Below, in pieces: positions 61,370-64,000 of a stretch of DNA of 64,000 nucleotides. The stretch's first letter is position 1. Each line of letters starts with the position of its first letter. This DNA is from Takakia lepidozioides (lineage: Eukaryota; Plantae; Bryophyta). Under the pieces are notes generated by a model, which was not told where the DNA came from, did not search any database, and worked only from the letters and a program-made list of their open reading frames with translations. The stretch lies in contig CM060733.1 of the NCBI GenBank assembly GCA_030704615.1, positions 69,130,001 through 69,194,000 of the forward strand, read 5' to 3'. The position numbers were made by a program, and so were the translations under genes.

Positions 61370-62270
61370 TTTTCATCTGTCCTCATGGATGACCAGTTGG
61401 CGCGAGTTTTCATTTCATCCATCCAGCTCCTCAGGGCGAATTTAGGATTTTCATCCATCCATGAAGCAAAAATTCAATTAATCGGCTCCCGTGAGTGTCG
61501 TTGACTTGATAATTTGGTGCCATCCCTAATCTCCTCCATAAATCACCAAACTTGGTGACAAATTATAAATAAATACCCCGTAGATGTTTGTAAAATCCCA
61601 AAGTGATCGGGGATGAAGAGATTTTTCTATTGCCGGTTTTCGCCGTTTCGCCATTTCGAATCAGAATTGGGAAACGCATCCGAGGCGGTTGCAGCTTTCG
61701 AAGGGCGACCTCGAACCAGCCAGATCCAAGGAGGGAGGGAGACAGAGGAAGAGAGGGGGCAACAAGAAAAAACAAAAAGGTGGGGGGGGGGGGGGAGTGA
61801 CTGAGCAGCTGCTCCCCCCCCTACCTTCCTCTTTTCTTTTTTGTTTCCTGATCTCTCCCTCTCACTCCCTCTCTCTGTCCCTCTCTGTCCCTCTCTCCCT
61901 CTCCCTCTATAACTCTTTGGATTTCATCTAGCCTTAACTTTTTTGATGCTGGTTATTTGGTTTTTCATCCTAATCTCTTTTCTCATCCAAATCTGGATGA
62001 AATTATTAGGATGATGACCCTTACTGTGCAAAAATCTTGGTTTATCATTTGTTTTCTTTTTTTTCATCCAAACTGGATGAATTCCATGAATGATGGTGAC
62101 CTATTTTAATCCAGGAGATAGTAATTTTACCATCATTTATTATAAATGATTGCAGTTATTAAACTTGAGCCTATACCCTAACCCTAAAAATTACCTTTTT
62201 AGTGGATGTCATCCATTGACAAGTGCATCTCCTGCTAGAATGCAACTTTTCATCCCCCCTGGATGAGAAA
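61370..62270. repeat. CATCCA/TGGATG inverted-motif-rich repeat (MITE or subterminal-like)
   Basis: TCATCCAAATCTGGATGA, TCATCCAAACTGGATGA, TCATCCCCCCTGGATGA and TGGATGTCATCCA. A central G-run/CT-rich block resembles 49500-49680. Confidence 0.5.
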
Positions 62271-64000
62271 TCGGGGATCTGTGCCCTAAGCAAGTTGACA
62301 CCTTTCACAACACAGAACTCATGCTTCAGGGATCCTTGATGATGCGCCGTGTAAATCTGCTCCCCAGCTGCTGCATGGTACCCGTGATGGCTGGCTCTTG
62401 GGATGCGCATTGGCGATTACGCAGATTCTTCTCTGGCAGGTGACAAAGCGATGATTGCTTTGCTCAGACCCTCATGGTTCCTTTTAATTGTAGCGGCGCT
62501 TTTACTCCTTGTTGGGAAGTACTCTACCCCTATTTATCTACAGATTACATATGGCTCTTTCACTTTGTATGAGCTCTTCTCTATCTGTGAACCCTTCTAC
62601 TTTGATCTGTTGGACGCCATGGCGCAGGGCATACCGCAAACACTCAAGGTCTTTTGAGGTTACCCTTGCTTGAATTGTGATCTGTACATGCTTTAGAATT
62701 CAGCACTAACATGGATAGCAACTGTGAAGACCTGCCACTCACCTGATGCATCCTCACTAACACACATCTTTATGTGGCTGTTTTTGGGACGGGCACAGGT
62801 GAGGGTCTTCACTTGTCTTGAATTCTTGAAGCTTGCAGAGTCTGATTCTTGCATAAGGGATTGCTACTACCGCCTGAAGCTATTGATGCCAGTTGTTGTT
62901 TCAAATCTGCCACCTTGCTGCCTCAAAACGGCTTCAAGTCTGCTCTAATGAGGATCGCCTTCTTACTCCTTACCCTTGTTTTTGGTTCTTGATGACCACT
63001 TCTACATGTTTTGGAGTTAAGACACACAAGGGACTTCATAGAATACAAAATCTCTACTGAAGGCTCTGGCTGTTTTCAACAAAGGTATAGGGTTGCAGCT
63101 ATAACTCTGGCTACATGGAAACTAGGCTCTGAAATAAAACATCATGGCCTGGCTTTGATGGATCAGAAGATAGACCTTGTCTGATAACAAACATTCTTCA
63201 AGGCTCTCATATCACTGTGATTTCATTGCATGATAGGGGACAGGGGTTTCTGAGTTCCTTTCTTTAACTGGCAGAGCTTTTTATGAGGCCCTGGAATACC
63301 ACTCCAGGCCCATATCTGCTTGAGGGTACTCAACCCTGTGTTTTATGTTGTTAGAAGTCTTGCCTATGACTTGGCACTGAAGCACCTTCAGACCTGGCCC
63401 CATCATAATTTTGATTTACAAGACCTGCTTGCTGGTAGGTGTTGTGTGTAAGGCTTGCTCATATATTTGCAATGCTATGATATCTTCAGGCTGGCTGTTT
63501 TTTTAGGAAGGTGACTTCTTCAAAATTTGGATTCTAAAACAGTAACCTTTATGGTCCAGCAAGTAGCCTAGCATGGCAGTTTTAAATACTTCTTCATGGC
63601 CTAAACCTAGTCATGATACACCTTGTTGGGTGTAGAGATATTCTTACTTAGATAAAACTAAGCAAGAATGACACTTGTTGCTTGAAAGGCTTGGTTCTGG
63701 ATATTAGCTCCAGACCTGCAATCTGGTTTCTGAAATGAAGGTACAATCTGCAACAACCCTTGTGTATTGATGCAGAACCATTTTCTGAGGAGGACCGGGG
63801 TGACACTTTTCGGTGTCCATCTTGCCACCGCATTCTCTGTGGTCTTCCCTCTTGTGGCAAGGACAACCACACATCCACCATCATCCAGGAGCATCCCCGC
63901 CAGCCCAAACCCAGCTTTCCAGTAGTCCTCAGTAAACCTGTTCCAGTTGGGCACACCATCCAGGCCCTCCAGCAGCTCCCCATCTGGAATGTCAAGGAGA

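Noticed and set aside
60480-61370. Solo LTR
   Set aside because: LTR-like composition, but I could not define TG..CA ends or a TSD.
62403-63995. Host gene start (hydrophobic ORF 62403-62657) and ORFs at 63648-63995
   Set aside because: No recognisable domain or convincing exon chain within the window.

Overview
This is eukaryotic land-plant DNA, most likely bryophyte/moss-like (inferred from the TE families and gene style), not prokaryotic. There is one clear host gene: a ~15-exon TAF4 (TFIID subunit 4; RST and TAF4 domains) on the minus strand at 21268-30439, with a TSD-flanked non-LTR RT insertion in one intron. Most of the rest is nested, decayed mobile DNA: a hAT element, a Mutator-like relic carrying an ALDH6 fragment, Helitron-like tandem-repeat elements, two RNase H plus endonuclease non-LTR copies (one with a twin-priming inversion), L1 LINEs, a PHD-bearing Ty3/gypsy, a Ty1/copia, and a scrambled CACTA with a B3 fragment. 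The most unusual part is 1-10.6 kb. It holds a spliced, pseudogenised locus with a ParB/Srx-like motif set, Pol II CTD-like Y-x-P/S-P repeats and an FCP1/NIF-like phosphatase domain. The same span carries about 25 copies of one 16-bp palindrome (ACGGGAGRTCTCCCGT), some spaced 25-26 bp apart, and I found no full copy elsewhere in the window. This is a candidate self-targeting ParB/parS-like or VANC-like TE system. All domain calls are by-eye motif recognition; no searches were run.
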